Part shown: positions 45,531 through 59,499 of the stretch, in pieces
How the letters are laid out: each line of letters opens with the position of its first letter
Position numbering within the stretch: position 1 is the first letter of the stretch
Source of the DNA: Macrostomum lignano
Lineage: Eukaryota
Reading direction: 5' to 3'
Length of the DNA: 64,000 nt
NCBI GenBank assembly: GCA_002269645.1
Contig: NIVC01002246.1
Span: forward strand, 124,001-188,000
Notes under the pieces: generated by a model
What the model was told of the DNA's origin: nothing
Database searches by the model: none
What the model saw: the letters and a program-made list of their open reading frames with translations, nothing else
Position numbers and translations under genes: made by a program

Positions 45531-45915
45531 ATGACAACGGATGGCGGCCGCTTTGACTTCGAGGACGGCGGCACCTACGTGGGCGGCTGGAGCGAGGGCA
45601 AGGCGCACGGGCTGGGCCTGGTGACGGGGCCCCGTGGCCAAGGCGAGTTCGCCGGCCTCTGGGAGGACGGCTTCGAGGCCTCCGGGGTGTACATCTGGCC
45701 AAGCGGCAACACTTTCGAAGGCGAATGGCGTCAGGGCAAGCGGCACGGCCTCGGGACCGAGGTCAAGGGCCGGTGGATGTACCGCGGCGAGTGGATGACC
45801 GGCTTCAAGGGGCGCTACGGGGTGCGGCAGAGCGAGGCCAGCGGGGCGCGGTACGAGGGCACCTGGCAACTCGGCATGCAGGATGGAACCGGGGTTGAGA
45901 CCTACTCTGATGGCA
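45531..45915 (+). CDS. JPH: Junctophilin first coding exon (N-terminal MORN repeats)
   Basis: [20 protein letters not shown]...[11 protein letters not shown]...ETYSDG closely matches the junctophilin N-terminus; donor GTGAGT at 45916 (phase 1); upstream acceptor CCTTCAG at 45494. Confidence 0.95.
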
Positions 45916-46009
45916 GTGAGTGGCTGCGGGTGGCTTGGTCAACTAGGGTTTTGCAATTACGGGTCTCTGTTTCAGGTGCGCTAACCGCGTCTATTGTTGC
46001 TAAAATATT

Positions 46010-46314
46010 GTGTCCCAATCCCTACTTTGTGTGTGTCCTAATCCCTACTCTGGGTGTGACCTAATGCCTACTCTGTGTGTGTCCTAATCCCTACTTTGTG
46101 TGTGTCCTAATGCCTACTCTGTGTGTGTCCTAATGCCTACTCTGTGTGTGTCCTAATGCCTACTCTGTGTGTGTCCTAATCCCTACTCTGTGTGTGTCCT
46201 AATGCCTACTCTGTGTGTGTCCTAATGTCTACTCTGTGTGTGTCCTAATGTCTACTCTGTGTCCTAATGCCTACCCTGTGTGTGTCCTAATGCCTACTCT
46301 GTGTGTGTCCTAAT
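46010..46314. repeat. 23-nt intronic minisatellite (CCTAATGCCTACTCTGTGTGTGT)n
   Basis: Tandem array. Confidence 0.93.
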
Positions 46315-46890
46315 CATTACTTTTGCGAATTCAAACTGCTTTTAGACTAGGATTTGCAACATACGCTGGTATGTATCGAGTGAAAATCCCTTCGAATGCG
46401 TGACATCCGGTGTAACTCAGCTCCACAGTGTAGGCGTTCTGTCACAGCTCCTGTCAGTCACTGTCAATCCGTGACAGTCAGTGCAACTGCACCCAACCCT
46501 GGCACGCATGCCGTTATCAAATTTCGCCCGATTCGTGTCGGGCCGTCTCCCAGACGTGGAGCATCTGGCTTATCTTATTGCTTCACTGGCCAGAATAAAA
46601 ATGCCATAGGAGGGAAAAAGGCGGACTAGGCGTGGCGCTCGATCACTTGTGATTTCCTCCGCATCGATTCTGCCCCAGTACTGCTCGGCTTGTATATCAG
46701 TCACGAGCGTTTTTTTCTGTTTGTAAAAATGTCCTCACTGGCTCTGCTTATCAGCAGCTGCAGTCGTGCTATTTTGGCGTTCGCTCGCTTGAAAATCATC
46801 GAAGCTAAAAGCTATATAAAACCAACCACTTTGCCATTATTTTTTATGTTTCTACTACATAATTGTCGCAAGTACAAGCCATAATGACAT

Positions 46891-47779
46891 CACGCCTTGT
46901 GAATGTACATTCATCGAAGGAGCTTTTCTTTCCTGCCCTTACTCCTTAAAACACCCACCTCACGCCTTGTGAATGTACATTCATCGAAGGAGCTTTCCTT
47001 TCCTGCCCTTATTCCTTAAAACACCCACCTCACGCCTTGTGAATGTACATTCATCGAAGGAGCTTTCCTTTCCTGCCCTTACTCCTTAGAACACATACCT
47101 CACGCCTTGTGAATGTACATTTATCGAAGGAGCTTTCCTTTCCTGCCTTTACTCCTTAGAACACCCACCTCACGCCTTGTGAATGTACATTTATCGAAGG
47201 ATCTTTCCTTTCCTGCCCTTATTCCTTAAAACACCCACCTCACGCCTTGTGAATGTACATTCATCGAAGGAGCTTTCCTTTCCTGCCCTTACTCCTTAGA
47301 ACACATACCTCACGCCTTGTGAATGTACATTTATCGAAGGAGCTTTCCTTTCCTGCCTTTACTCCTTAGAACACATACCTCACGCCTTGCGAATGTATAT
47401 TTATCGAAGGAGCTTTCCTTTCCTGCCTTTACTCCTTAGAACACCCACCTCACGCCTTGTGAATGTACATTCATCGAAGGAGCTTTCCTTTCCTGCCCTT
47501 ACTCCTTAGAACACATACCTCACGCCTTGTGAATGTACATTTATCGAAGGAGCTTTCCTTTCCTGCCTTTACTCCTTAGAACACCCACCTCACGCCTTGT
47601 GAATGTACATTCATCGAAGGATCTTTCCTTTCCTGCCCTTACTTCTTAAAACCCCCACCTCACGCCTTGTGAATGTACATTCATTGAAGGAGCTTTTCTT
47701 TCCTGCCCTTACTCCCTAAAACACCCACCTCACGCCTTGTGAATGTACATTCATCGAAGGATCTTTCCTTTCCTGCCCT
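46891..47779. repeat. 70-nt tandem repeat, about 13 units, each with the palindrome TGAATGTACATTCA or a 1-nt variant
   Basis: CACGCCTTG recurs every 70 nt from 46891 to 47731. Confidence 0.95.
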
Positions 47780-48311
47780 GCCCTTATCAGATATATCTTT
47801 CGTTTCTGCTTGACCTAAATGACAGGCAATCGAGCAACGATTCTCGCCCAGAGTTGCTAAAGATTCCTGCAGCCATCAGAAAGAGGAAAAATCATTTAAG
47901 TATTCAGTTTAACCCTCGGTCTTGAGAGTTCCAATTTCCTTCCTCTCAGGTTGCCTGGCCAGTCTTATTATGGGCCAGGGACTCCAGTCCAGAGGGACAA
48001 GGGTGAGAGCACAGGATGCCTTTCTGGTGGCCGAGGACAGACAGCGGATTGAGTTGAGGACGACTCAATTTCATCTCAACTCCTTCCCGAAGCTCTGAGG
48101 AGTGATGCGATTTTCCTAGGGAACAAGAAAAGGGATGGAAAGTTGGGATTCTCTTCTATACCCGTGTCTCCGGGCAGACAGAAATTAAGTTTCAGGTTGC
48201 AGACCTCTGATTGAAAGATTCAAATAAGGAGCGCTCATGCTAGCACTGCCTCTATGCACAGTTCAGCAATCCGATCTGAACTGCCCAATAATATTTGCTT
48301 GCAGCCTCATG

Positions 48312-48750
48312 AAGTATCACTCCTGACACACAAAGTATCACTCCTGACAACCAAAGTATCACTCCTGACACACAAAGTATCACTCCTGACAACCAAAGTA
48401 TCACTCCTGACACACAAAGTATCACTCCCGACACACAAAGTATCACTCCTGACGCACAAAGTATCACTCCTGACAACCAAAGCATCACCCCTGACACACT
48501 AAGTATCACTCCTGACACACAAAGTATCACTCCCGACACACAAAGTATCACTCCTGACAACCAAAGTATCACTCCTGACACACAAAGTATCACCCCTGAC
48601 GCACAAAGTATCACTCCTGACACACAAAGTATCACTCCTGACACACAAAGTATCACTCCTGACAGACAAGGTATCACTCCTGACACACAAAGTATCACTC
48701 CTGACACACAAAGTATCACTCCTGACGCACAAAGTATCACTCCTGACACC
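48312..48750. repeat. 21-nt minisatellite (AAGTATCACTCCTGACACACA)n
   Basis: Tandem array. Confidence 0.93.
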
Positions 48751-49359
48751 GCCACTGACGCCACTGGCCCGAACTGACAGCCATGACATCTTTGCAGTAC
48801 AAGTACAACTGTCCCAACACGTGACCTACATAAACCAGGTGAAATTGATGCTTTTCCACTCGCAGACTCGGCCCCCACGGCCTCTCCCACACGAAGTGCG
48901 CAGATAATCAGTTTTCAATCAAGCAGACAGGCTGGCCAAATATTGCTTAACAAGCCTCAGTCAATTGATTTGATTATGAATAGATTACCATGGCAACACA
49001 GCAAGCATTCATGAAGCCTCCCCGCTGGGAAGAGCCCGAACTATTCTAAAAACCGCACGTAGGCTTGTGGAGCGTATCCTCGGAAATGGCATTAACTAAC
49101 GGGCTGGGCTGCCCGCACTTCAATCGGAGGGTTAATTTAATTGCCGGACTCACAGTCGGAGAATACTGAGCGATCACTGCACTCAATCGAGACATTTTTT
49201 TTTATAGATTTCCTGTCCGAAATGCGGGTCTCTTAGCCCAAGTTTTAGTTTTATGACATTAATTTTGCGGCGAATAATGTTCTCTTGTACAGCACTCAGA
49301 GAAAATTACTTTTATCCTTTTTAGGGTAGAATAAGTAGGAGATAGATAGAAAGATATAG

Positions 49360-50008
<649 letters not shown>

Positions 50009-50569
50009 CGAGTAGATAGCAGGCAGGAGGCAGCATTTATTGCTTTTCCTTTTTCCCCTGGGCCTGCTCGGCAGCAGGGCTGTGCACTTTGCGGCTTAAA
50101 GCAGGCTACAACCTCCCCTCGTCGTCTGCCCATCCGGTTCGGTCATTCATTTCCCCCCTTCGAACAGTCAGTCTCCGGCGGGGGGATATTTTTCCCCGGC
50201 TAAAGGGGCAGTTTTTCTCACGGAAAAACGCAGACTTTCCCCGACAGGCCCGCTCTGCCCTCTGCCCGGGCGAACTGCTTGGGGGAGAGGGAGAGGATGC
50301 GGAACGGGGATCTTCAGACTTAGGCAGTCGCGCCACTGCAGCAATGAGGGTTCAAGTCAGTCCAGTAAATTCTTCAGGTTCAGTTCCTCCTTCTACAACT
50401 GCAGAAGTGAAGGCTGGGTGGTGGAGCCTGGCGGGGTCCGGCTGAGTGAAATTCCAGAACCAGCAGCTCTGACGAATAAGAAAGAAAAATCAGGAAAGTT
50501 GAAAGTAGGAGCTTTTAAATCATTGAACTTATTATTCTTTGCTTTTACGCCGGTGACTGATGGCGCTCC

Positions 50570-51020
50570 CCCAAAAAATGGCGTCTCCACAGAATGGCAC
50601 CACAAAGACAAAAAAGACACTCACAAAAACAGCAGTCTCACAAAAAGGACACTTTTACCAAAATGCCACTCTCACAAAAATTGCACTCTCAAAAAATGGC
50701 ACTCTCACAGAAATTGCACTCTCAAAAAATGGCACTCTAACAAAAATGGCACTCTCACAAAAATGGTACTCTCACAAAAATGGCGCTCTCACAAAAATGG
50801 CACTCTCACAAAAATGGCACTCTCAAAAAATGGCACTCTCACAGAAATGGCACTCTCACAAAAAGGGCCCTTTTACCAAAATGGCACTCCCTCAGAAATG
50901 GCACTCTAACAAAAATGCCACTCACAAAAATGGCTCTCTCAGAAAATGACACTTTTTAAAAAATGGCACCTTTACAAAATAACACCTTCACAAAAAATGG
51001 CGCTCCACAAAAATGGCGTA
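50570..51020. repeat. Degenerate ~17-nt minisatellite (AAAAATGGCACTCTCAC)n
   Basis: Tandem array. Confidence 0.85.
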
Positions 51021-52227
51021 AGTGGTTACGCGTCTTTCTAATTTAGCTGTTCACGACCATAAATATTTGATACTACTGCAGTCAGTCTATTATATCACTT
51101 GACCTACATAAGAGACCTCAACTAATTATAGATTTGATGCAGTTTCTACCTGAGACTCTGAGAGTGCAGTTAACCCATAATTAGAAATACAGAAATCTGT
51201 ACTTTATGCCTGGGTATAATCGCGTGATTCACGAATAGTTGGAGCGACAATGGCTAATTAATGAGTTGATGCTGAGCATAGGGTTCTGATTATAGATAAA
51301 TCACATGGGAATATTGGCTGAGGAACAACAGCTGCAATGCTCTGTGCTTTGAGTGCTCATGCTTATCTAAGCTTCATCCTGCACCATCCACTCGGCCCAT
51401 GTTCCATGCCCTTGACAGAGGGAGGGCACTAAGACAACACAGGCAGGTCTTCAAGTAGGAAACGAGTACAAGCTGGGGCAATATGATGGTAAAATGAAGC
51501 GAAGTTGAGTCGAGCGCTGTGATGCCCATTCGATCGACAGCGGAGCACTTGATGTACTCTCTGGCAGATTTTCTGTGTGCCTTGCTGATGGTTAATGGGT
51601 CCCATGATGGCGGCAGTTTCCCAGAGAAATTTGATATGCACGAGTCAAAAAATAGCATTGCGACTAAAGCCCCCTGGGACTGTAAGCTTATGGTAAAAGC
51701 GTCGTCTGACTCTTGAGACGCGACCTTGGGTTCTATCTCACAGTCGACAGTCACATTTGTTTGGAGCTTTTATGCACGGCCGCTGTACACCCAAGGACAA
51801 CTTAAGTAGTAGGACGCAACACTCGCGTATCGTGTAATTTTTATTGGAGGCCTGCAGGGTCTTCACACATATGTAATTCTCGACTAGTTGCACGTAGGAA
51901 GCTAATTCTTTCGGCATTAGGTCCAGAATTTTGTTCTTCGTTAAAATGTAAGTAATAAAATAGTAGACTACATGTATAAGCAGCGTACAGTTAAGTACAG
52001 TGAAAACAACCCAATTTCGTGCAATTTAGAAATACGCCAAATTTTCTTTACTTCAGTAACTTTAGTTGTCCTTGTGTACACCCGGTGTGATCGTGCTCAT
52101 GTTCTATGATCTCAGGAGGCAGTGGAGTTGGTTGCAAAATAAAGACGATGCTTCGGGAAGATTCAAATTCTCCTGCAATTACCAATTATTATTAATGCGC
52201 ATCTAATCTCCCGAATTGTCCACGCAG

Positions 52228-53032
52228 GCACCTACTCGGGCTGCTGGTTCCACGGCACCCGCCACGGCCTGGGCATTCGCCAGTCGGTCCCATTCGGCTT
52301 GGCCGCTCACTACAAAGAGGAGCGCCGTCTCCGGGAATCGCTGACCTCTCTGCGCTCCCAGGATGAGGCCTCGGCCGAGGCGGCCGCTGCCCAAGACGCC
52401 CGAGAGCGAGCCAAACGACTCGACGAGCCTCGAGGCGGTTTCGTCCTGCGCGGCCGCATGATCGACGCCGCGGCGGCGCTGTCCTCCGGCCAGGCTGGCC
52501 AGTCGACGAAGCGCAACTCGCTCACCAAGGGTCTGATCGGTCGGTTGCGCAAGCAGCGCTCGACAGGCGACGTGAACAATGACCAGCGCTCGTCCGCTCG
52601 CTATTCGGGCTCCTTGCGCTCGGCTCTGAGCGACAGGTCGGCCACTCTCACCGCCGGAGGAGGCGTCGTCGGCACAGCTTCGCCGGACTTTTTCGAAGAG
52701 ATCGTCGACCCGTCGACTACGGAGGCCTACTACGGCGACTGGAAGCAGGACAAGAGGTCCGGCCTGGGCGTCGCCGAGAGAAGCGACGGCCTGAAGTACG
52801 AGGGCGAATGGGAGGACAACAAGAAGCACGGCTACGGCTGCACGACTTTCCCAGACGGCAGCGTCGAAGCCGGAAAGTACAAAAGCAACGTGCTGGTGGC
52901 ATCGACAGCCAGGCGGAGCAAACTGTTCATCATCAAGACCGCCCGATTGCGCGAACGCGTCGAGACGGCTGTGCGCGAGGCGAGGAACGCCATGGCTGAG
53001 GCCATCAAGAAGGCTGAGAACGCTCAGTCCAG
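52228..53032 (+). CDS. JPH: Junctophilin exon 2 (MORN6, joining region, MORN7-8, start of the alpha-helical region)
   Basis: STYSGCWFHGTRHGLGIRQSVPFG; YYGDWKQDKRSGLG...KYEGEWEDNKKHGYGCTTFPDG; acceptor CACGCAG at 52227, donor GTGCGC at 53033; phases fit both neighbours. Confidence 0.93.
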
Positions 53033-53135
53033 GTGCGCTTAGTACTTGAGGGGGCCGTTTGATAGCTAGTTGTGGCATTTTGAGCACAATTCACTATCCA
53101 AGCTTGTATTTCTTGCTTCTTATTTCTTTCTTACG

Positions 53136-54446
53136 TCCTCCTCTCCCCCTTCTACTCCTCCTCTCCCCCTTCTACTCCTCTTCTCCCCCTTCTACTCCTC
53201 CTCTCCCCCTTCTACTCCTCTTCTCCCCTTCTACTCTTCCTCTCCCCCTTCTACTCTTCCTCTCCCCCTTCTACTCCTCCTCTCCCCCTTCTACTCCTCC
53301 TCTCCCCTTCTACTCCTCCTCTCCCCCTTCTACTCCTCCTCTCCCCTTATACTCCTCCTCTCCCCTTATACTCCTCCTCTCCCCCTTATACTCCTCCTCT
53401 CCACCTTCTACTCCTCCTCTCCCCCTTCTACTCCTCCTCTGCCCCTTCTACTCTTCCTCTCCCCCTTCTACTCCTCCTCTCCCCCTTCTACTCCTCCTCT
53501 CCCCCTTCTACTCCTCCTCTCCCCCTTCTACTCCTCCTCTCCCCCTTCTACTCCTCTTCTCCCCCTTCTACTCCTCCTCTCCCCCTTCTACTCCTCCTCT
53601 CCCCCTTCTACTCCTCCTCTCCCCCTTCTACTCCTCTTCTCCCCCTTCTACTCCTCCTCTCCCCCTTATACTCCTCCTCTCCCCCTTATACTCCTCCTCT
53701 CCCCCTTATACTCCTCCTCTCCCCTCTCTCTACTCCTCCTCTCCCCCTTCTACTCCTCCTCTCCCCCTTATACTCTTCCTCTCCCCCTTCTACTCTTCCT
53801 CTCCCCCTTCTACTCCTCCTCTCCCCTTCTACTCCTCCTCTCCCCCTTCTACTCCTCCTCTCCCCCTTCTACTCCTCCTCTCCCCCTTATACTCCTCCTC
53901 TCCCCCTTATACTCCTCCTCTCCCCTTATACTCCTCCTCTCCACCTTCTACTCCTCCTCTCCCCCTTCTACTCCTCCTCTGCCCCTTCTACTCTTCCTCT
54001 CCCCCTTCTACTCTTCCTCTCCCCCTTCTACTCTTCCTCTCCCCCTTCTACTCCTCCTCTCCCCCTTATACTCCTCCTCTCCCCTTCTACTCCTCTTCTC
54101 CCCCTTCTACTCCTCTTCTCCCCCTTCTACTCCTCTTCTCCCCCTTCTACTCCTCCTCTCCCCCTTCTACTCCTCCTCTCCCCCTTCTACTCCTCCTCTC
54201 CCCCTTCTACTCCTCTTCTCCCCCTTCTACTCCTCCTCTCCCCTTATACTCCTCCTCTCCCCTTATACTCCTCCTCTCCCCCTTATACTCCTCCTCTCCC
54301 CCTTATACTCCTCCTCTCCCCCTTCTACTCCTCCTCTCCCCCTTCTACTCCTCCTCTCCCCCTTCTACTCCTCCTCTCCCCCTTCTACTCCTCCTCTCCC
54401 CCTTCTACTCCTCCTCTCCCCCTTATACTCCTCCTCTCCCCCTTCT
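53136..54446. repeat. Pyrimidine-rich 19-20-nt minisatellite (CTCCCCCTTCTACTCCTCCT)n
   Basis: Tandem array in JPH intron 2; source of the spurious extensin-like ORFs. Confidence 0.95.
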
Positions 54447-54835
54447 GATAACCTTTTTCCACACAATTATTTTAACTCTCCATCACCAATATGAACCTCG
54501 TCAGTTTGCCATACCATAGCTACCTGAACTATTCTTTTTTAAAGAAAAGTCATTTCTCTTCAGGAGTGAAAGAATTTATTTGTACTTTTTTTCGCGGATT
54601 TTTACCGCGAAGATGGCGAAATGTCAGAGAGGAAGTTTTTGCTCCTCCGAAAAAGCGCACAGGATACTGGTTTAATTCATCATTTTTTCTGGAAGCAGCT
54701 GAACCAACGTACTGGTAGAACAAGCTATAATCTGACTCGCTGAAGTTAGGATTTTTCCCGAAAATATGTAGCTTACAAGCCTATACAAAGTTGTTCGCGG
54801 TGGGAGGCACTTGTAACTTTTTTGGAATCTATTGT

Positions 54836-55367
54836 GTGTGGCCTAGCAATTTCAACGAGTTGTCTATGGCCTAGTAGTGTCAGTGAGTTGTCTATGGCCT
54901 AGTAATGTCAGTGAGTTGTCTATGGCCTAGTAATGTCAGTGAGTTGTCTATCACATAGTAAATTCAAAGAGTTGTCTATGGCCTAGTAATGTCAGTGAGT
55001 TGTCTATGGCCTAGTAATGTCAGTGAGTTGTCTATGGCCTAGTATTGTCAATGAGTTGTCTATGGCCTAGCAATTTCAGTGAGTTGTCTATCACATAGTA
55101 AATTCAAAGAGTTGTCTATGGCCTAGTAATGTCAGTGAGTTGTCTATCACATAGTAAATTCAAAGAGTTGTCTATGGCCTAGTAATGTCAGTGAGTTGTC
55201 TATGGCCTAGTATTGTCAATGAGTTGTCTATGGCCTAGTATTGTCAATGAGTTGTCTATGGCCTAGTAATGTCAGTGAGTTGTCTATGGCCTAGTATTGT
55301 CAATGAGTTGTCTATGGCCTAGTAATGTCAACCAGTTGTCTATGACCTAGTAATGTCGATGAGTTGA
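54836..55367. repeat. 28-nt minisatellite (GAGTTGTCTATGGCCTAGTAATGTCAGT)n
   Basis: Tandem array. Confidence 0.92.
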
Positions 55368-55581
55368 CACCTGGTGGGACCTTGTCAATATCAAGGTGCC
55401 ACCCGTTGAAGGTGCTGACAGCGTCAGGGTGATGACGGAATGCTTAAGAGACTAGCTGAGGATGTCCAGCAGTTGAGGTTTGCCCACTGTCGTGACTTGA
55501 TCGGCGACAGGAGTCTATGGGAGAAGTGTTTTACACAACATATCGGTATAATTAAACTTTACTATCCAATTAACTTTGCAG

Positions 55582-55700
55582 GCAGCAGGTCAGTCGCCAG
55601 AAAGCGGAACTGGCGGATCAGGCCGCGGAAAAAGCGCGCCAAGATGCGGAAATGGCGCGCCGTTTAGCGCACGAATATGCGCCAGATTTTCATCAGCCAG
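55582..55700 (+). CDS. JPH: Junctophilin exon 3 (RQKAELADQAAEKARQDAEMARRLAHEYAPDFHQPG)
   Basis: Matches the conserved A..LA.ELAPDFYQPG end of the helical domain; acceptor CTTTGCAG at 55581, donor GTGAGC at 55701. Confidence 0.92.
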
Positions 55701-55749
55701 GTGAGCCGCTTGACTGACAGGTGCCCTGTCATCCACCTGTCTATTTCTG

Positions 55750-56297
55750 GATTCTGTCACTTTCTGGAATCTGTCACTTTATAGAAATCTGTCACCCTAT
55801 AGAATCTTTCACTCTGAAGAATCTGTCACTCTATACAGAATCTGTCACTCTATACAGAATCTGTCACTCTATACAGAATCTGTCACTCTATACAGAATCT
55901 GTCACTCTATACAGAATCTGTCACTCTATACAGAATCTGTCACTCTATACAGAATCTGTCACTCTATACAGAATCTGTCACTCTATACAGAATCTGTCAC
56001 TCTATACAGAATCTGTCACTCTATACAGAATCTGTCACTCTATACAGAATCTTTCACTCTATACAGAATCTGTCACTCTATACAGAATCTGTCACTCTAT
56101 ACAGAATCTGTCACTCTATACAGAATCTGTCACTCTATACAGAATCTGTCACTCTATACAGAATCTGTCACTCTATACAGAATCTGTCACTCTATACAGA
56201 ATCTGTCACTCTATACAGAATCTGTCACTCTATACAGAATCTGTCACTCTATACAGAATCTGTCACTCTATACTAATCACTCTAATGTCACTCTAAT
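55750..56297. repeat. 19-nt minisatellite (GAATCTGTCACTCTATACA)n
   Basis: Tandem array. Confidence 0.95.
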
Positions 56298-57150
56298 GTG
56301 GATTAGCACTCCTACATGCAAATAACATAACTCGCTCGCTGTTTTCCACTCGCACGCCACAATCCACGGCGGCGCTCGGGAATTCCCTGGCGACGCTATG
56401 AGCCCGACCGAGTGATGGGAAAAATAGGAAGCGAGGAGGAGATGGGGAGGGGGATGTGAAAGGGATGAGATGGGATAAAGCTTCATCACGCCCGACTGTC
56501 TCTCCCCTCCCATGCCCCAGGCCAATTCACCTCCCCTCTTCTGCAGTTTCCTTATTTTCTGTTTAATTAAACGCGGAGAGAAATAAAATCTGATATTTCA
56601 TCCAGCCGCATCGGTGCATTGAATTTCAGCATTGAGTAAATAAGATGCAGCAGCCTCCCCCAGCCCCTGTTGACCAAGAGAGCAAAATAAGATAGAGGGT
56701 AGATCACTAAATTAGACTGGAAAAGTGCATCAACTCATTGCAAGACAAGGCGACTCAATTTCTTGATTAAGTTTGCTTCTCTCGAAATTCGATTATTGTT
56801 TTGTTAAATTTATTTGCATGCTGGCAATCGGCTGATCGAAAAACGTTACAAAAAGTTTTGCAATAATTTTCTTACTTTGGGGAGCGTTCTGAAATCGTAA
56901 TTTTAGGTTTTAAAAAACTACAAATTCTGTTTCTAAAAGCAGGCTTTTTGTGACTCACAGCTTTCGTGTTTCTAAAAATAGGCACATGTTCGTGATTCAT
57001 AGAGTTTCTTTCTAAAAATAGCTTCAATTTCGTGAGTGATAAAATCACTTTCTAAAAATAGATACATTTGCATGAGTCAAAGAATTCTTCTCTAAAAAAA
57101 GCCGTCGTGTTTTTTAAATTTTGAATTCGACGACGTTAATTTAACTTCAG

Positions 57151-57401
57151 GCTCGGAATTTCTCAAACGCCGATTGGACTCGGATGCCCTCAACAGCTTG
57201 TCGCTAACCAGCCATCAAAATGGCTCAAAACCGTCAGGCGTCAGCGCCAATTCGACAAGCGCGACAGCGACGTCGGCAGCAGCGGCGGCGGCAGCGAATT
57301 CTCGCACTCTTCAGAGACAGCGCAACATTGAAGAGTCTCCAGGGCTGAGTCCGCCGCAGCAACAGGGTGGTGGCGGCCTTCAGGTGGATGGCATCCTGCA
57401 G
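57151..57401 (+). CDS. JPH: Junctophilin exon 4 (GSEFLKRRL... divergent region)
   Basis: Acceptor TTAACTTCAG at 57150; continues QPG|SEFLKRR like vertebrate PGPEYQKRR; donor GTAAAC at 57402. Confidence 0.8.
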
Positions 57402-57526
57402 GTAAACTTATAATATGATTACAATTTTCTCATTTGCATTTTATCTTTGCATGCAAAGTTAGGAGTGCGTTTTTCGTTACAACTTTTCGTTTAATTAATA
57501 TATGGCACAAATACACGTACATTAAC

Positions 57527-57815
57527 TAGCCGAAGCTATGATGTACATTGGGATGCCAAAGCCATGTACATTGGCTAGCCTAAGCTATGTACATTGGGAT
57601 GCCAAAGATATGTACATTGGCTAGCCTAAGCTATGTACAGTGGCTAGCCGAAGCTATGTACATTGGCTAGCCGAAGTAATGCATTGTACATTGGTTAACC
57701 TAAGCTATGTACATTGGCTAGCCGAAGTAATGCATTGTACATTGGTTAACCTAAGCTATGTACATTAGGTAACCTAAGCTTTGTACATTGACTAGCCGAA
57801 ACTATGTACACTGGG
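57527..57815. repeat. ~23-nt minisatellite (TGTACATTGGCTAGCCTAAGCTA)n
   Basis: Degenerate tandem array. Confidence 0.85.
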
Positions 57816-58327
57816 TAGCCGAGAACATATATACAGTTGGTCCCACAGAAAATCTAATCAAATTTCATATCCAATCCATAAGCAATAATTCATGCCCAGC
57901 TACACCGGTGTCACTTATTCCAGCATGTTGATATAGAACTGACAATTAGTCAGTTATCTTTGTCAGATAGTTTGGCAACTGATGACTGTCTTGGTGGTAT
58001 TGTATGCCAGGTAAGGATGCCAACCCGCACAACAGAGCACTGTTCACTGTTTGTACAATTTAATCTACCTGCTATTAGTTCACCAGTTGGACACCAAATA
58101 TTCAGCACGCACAGTCCATGCTCACATTGTCTGCGCACATTGTGTGCAAAATTTTTATTCTGCACAAACTTGCTTAGAGGTTGAATTTCTTGAACTGGTT
58201 CTGGATTTCATATGAATTTTTTGTTTGTTTAAACCCGATCCTAAATTAGGTTGCGATTCAGTAACGTTATAACAAATTTTTGACGTATTATAATCACAGA
58301 ATTTAATACGATATTAGAGGGAATAAT

Positions 58328-58860
58328 GGAGTGACAATATGAGATAGAGAGGGGCGGAGCGACAATATGAGAGTGACGGAGTGACAATATAAGAGAGTGA
58401 CGGAGTGACAATATAAGAGAGTGACGGAATGATAATATGAGAGTGACTGAGTGACAATATGAGACAGAGAGTTACGGGATGACAATATAAGATAGAGAGT
58501 GACGGAGTGACAATATGAGAGTGACAGAGTGACAATATAAGAGAGTGACGGAGTGATAATATGAGAGTGACGGAGTGACAATATATGAGAGTGACGGAGT
58601 GATAATATAAGAGAGTGACGGAGTGACAATATGAGAGTGACGGAGTGACAATATATGAGAGTGACGGAGTGACAATATGAGACAGAAAGTGACGGGGTGA
58701 CAATATAAGACAGAGAGTGATGGAGTGCCAATATGAGAGTGACGGAGTGACATTATGAGAGAGTGACGGAGTGATAATGGGAGAGAGTTCCAGAGTGAAA
58801 TGATAGAATGACGGAGTGACAATAAGAAACGGTGTCAGGAGTGAAAATAGAGTGAATAAG
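58328..58860. repeat. 22-24-nt minisatellite (GAGAGTGACGGAGTGACAATAT)n
   Basis: Tandem array. Confidence 0.9.
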
Positions 58861-59499
58861 AGAACGGATTAATAACGGTATTGGTGGAGTACTTGGAGAA
58901 TAACTCCACTCAAAAATCAAAGTGCACACTGGTCCCTCTTCTCGCAGAGTCTAGCGCAGCTCTCCATTTGTTAAATGCTGTGCGATTGAGACTGAGAGAA
59001 CCGCCCACCACCCACGCGGCTGGGGGGTGGGGGGTCGACGTCAAATATGGGATCAGAGCCAGTCAAACAGAGTTATGCCTAATTCAATATTTGAGCTAAA
59101 TCCCGGCTCATATAGACTCGGCCGAGCTTCGTTAGAGTCGATAAAAAAGTGTCAGGCCGTGTGCTCAGGCTGGTTGCTATGCCAGGACCCCTGTCGGAGT
59201 CCGAGCTGTTCTCGGTCAAAGTCGAACTACTGCGTGAATTGAGATTGGCATTGGGTGAAGGGGGTTGATGGAGTTGGACTTCATCTCCTTGTCTGCTCAC
59301 AGCTACGTGACTTTTGGATTTGTTTGCTCAACTTATTTTTTGCAATTTTTAATGAGATCTTTGGCAAAGATTTTGGAATGGGAAGATGTGCGAAGGAGTG
59401 CATGGGAAGGATTCCAGATAGTGCAGATAACAGACTTACTGGTAGTTAATTCAAGAAATTCAGAAAAATCTGAGGAATTCTGATTTTTCAGAAGAGCTT

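Noticed and set aside
37349-47779. CRISPR-like regular repeats (41-nt, 31-nt and 70-nt palindromic units)
   Set aside because: Head-to-tail units with no unique spacers, no cas genes, eukaryotic context.
53059-54519. Extensin-like Ser/Pro/Tyr ORFs of about 480 aa
   Set aside because: 20-nt pyrimidine minisatellite inside junctophilin intron 2; two frames are equally open.
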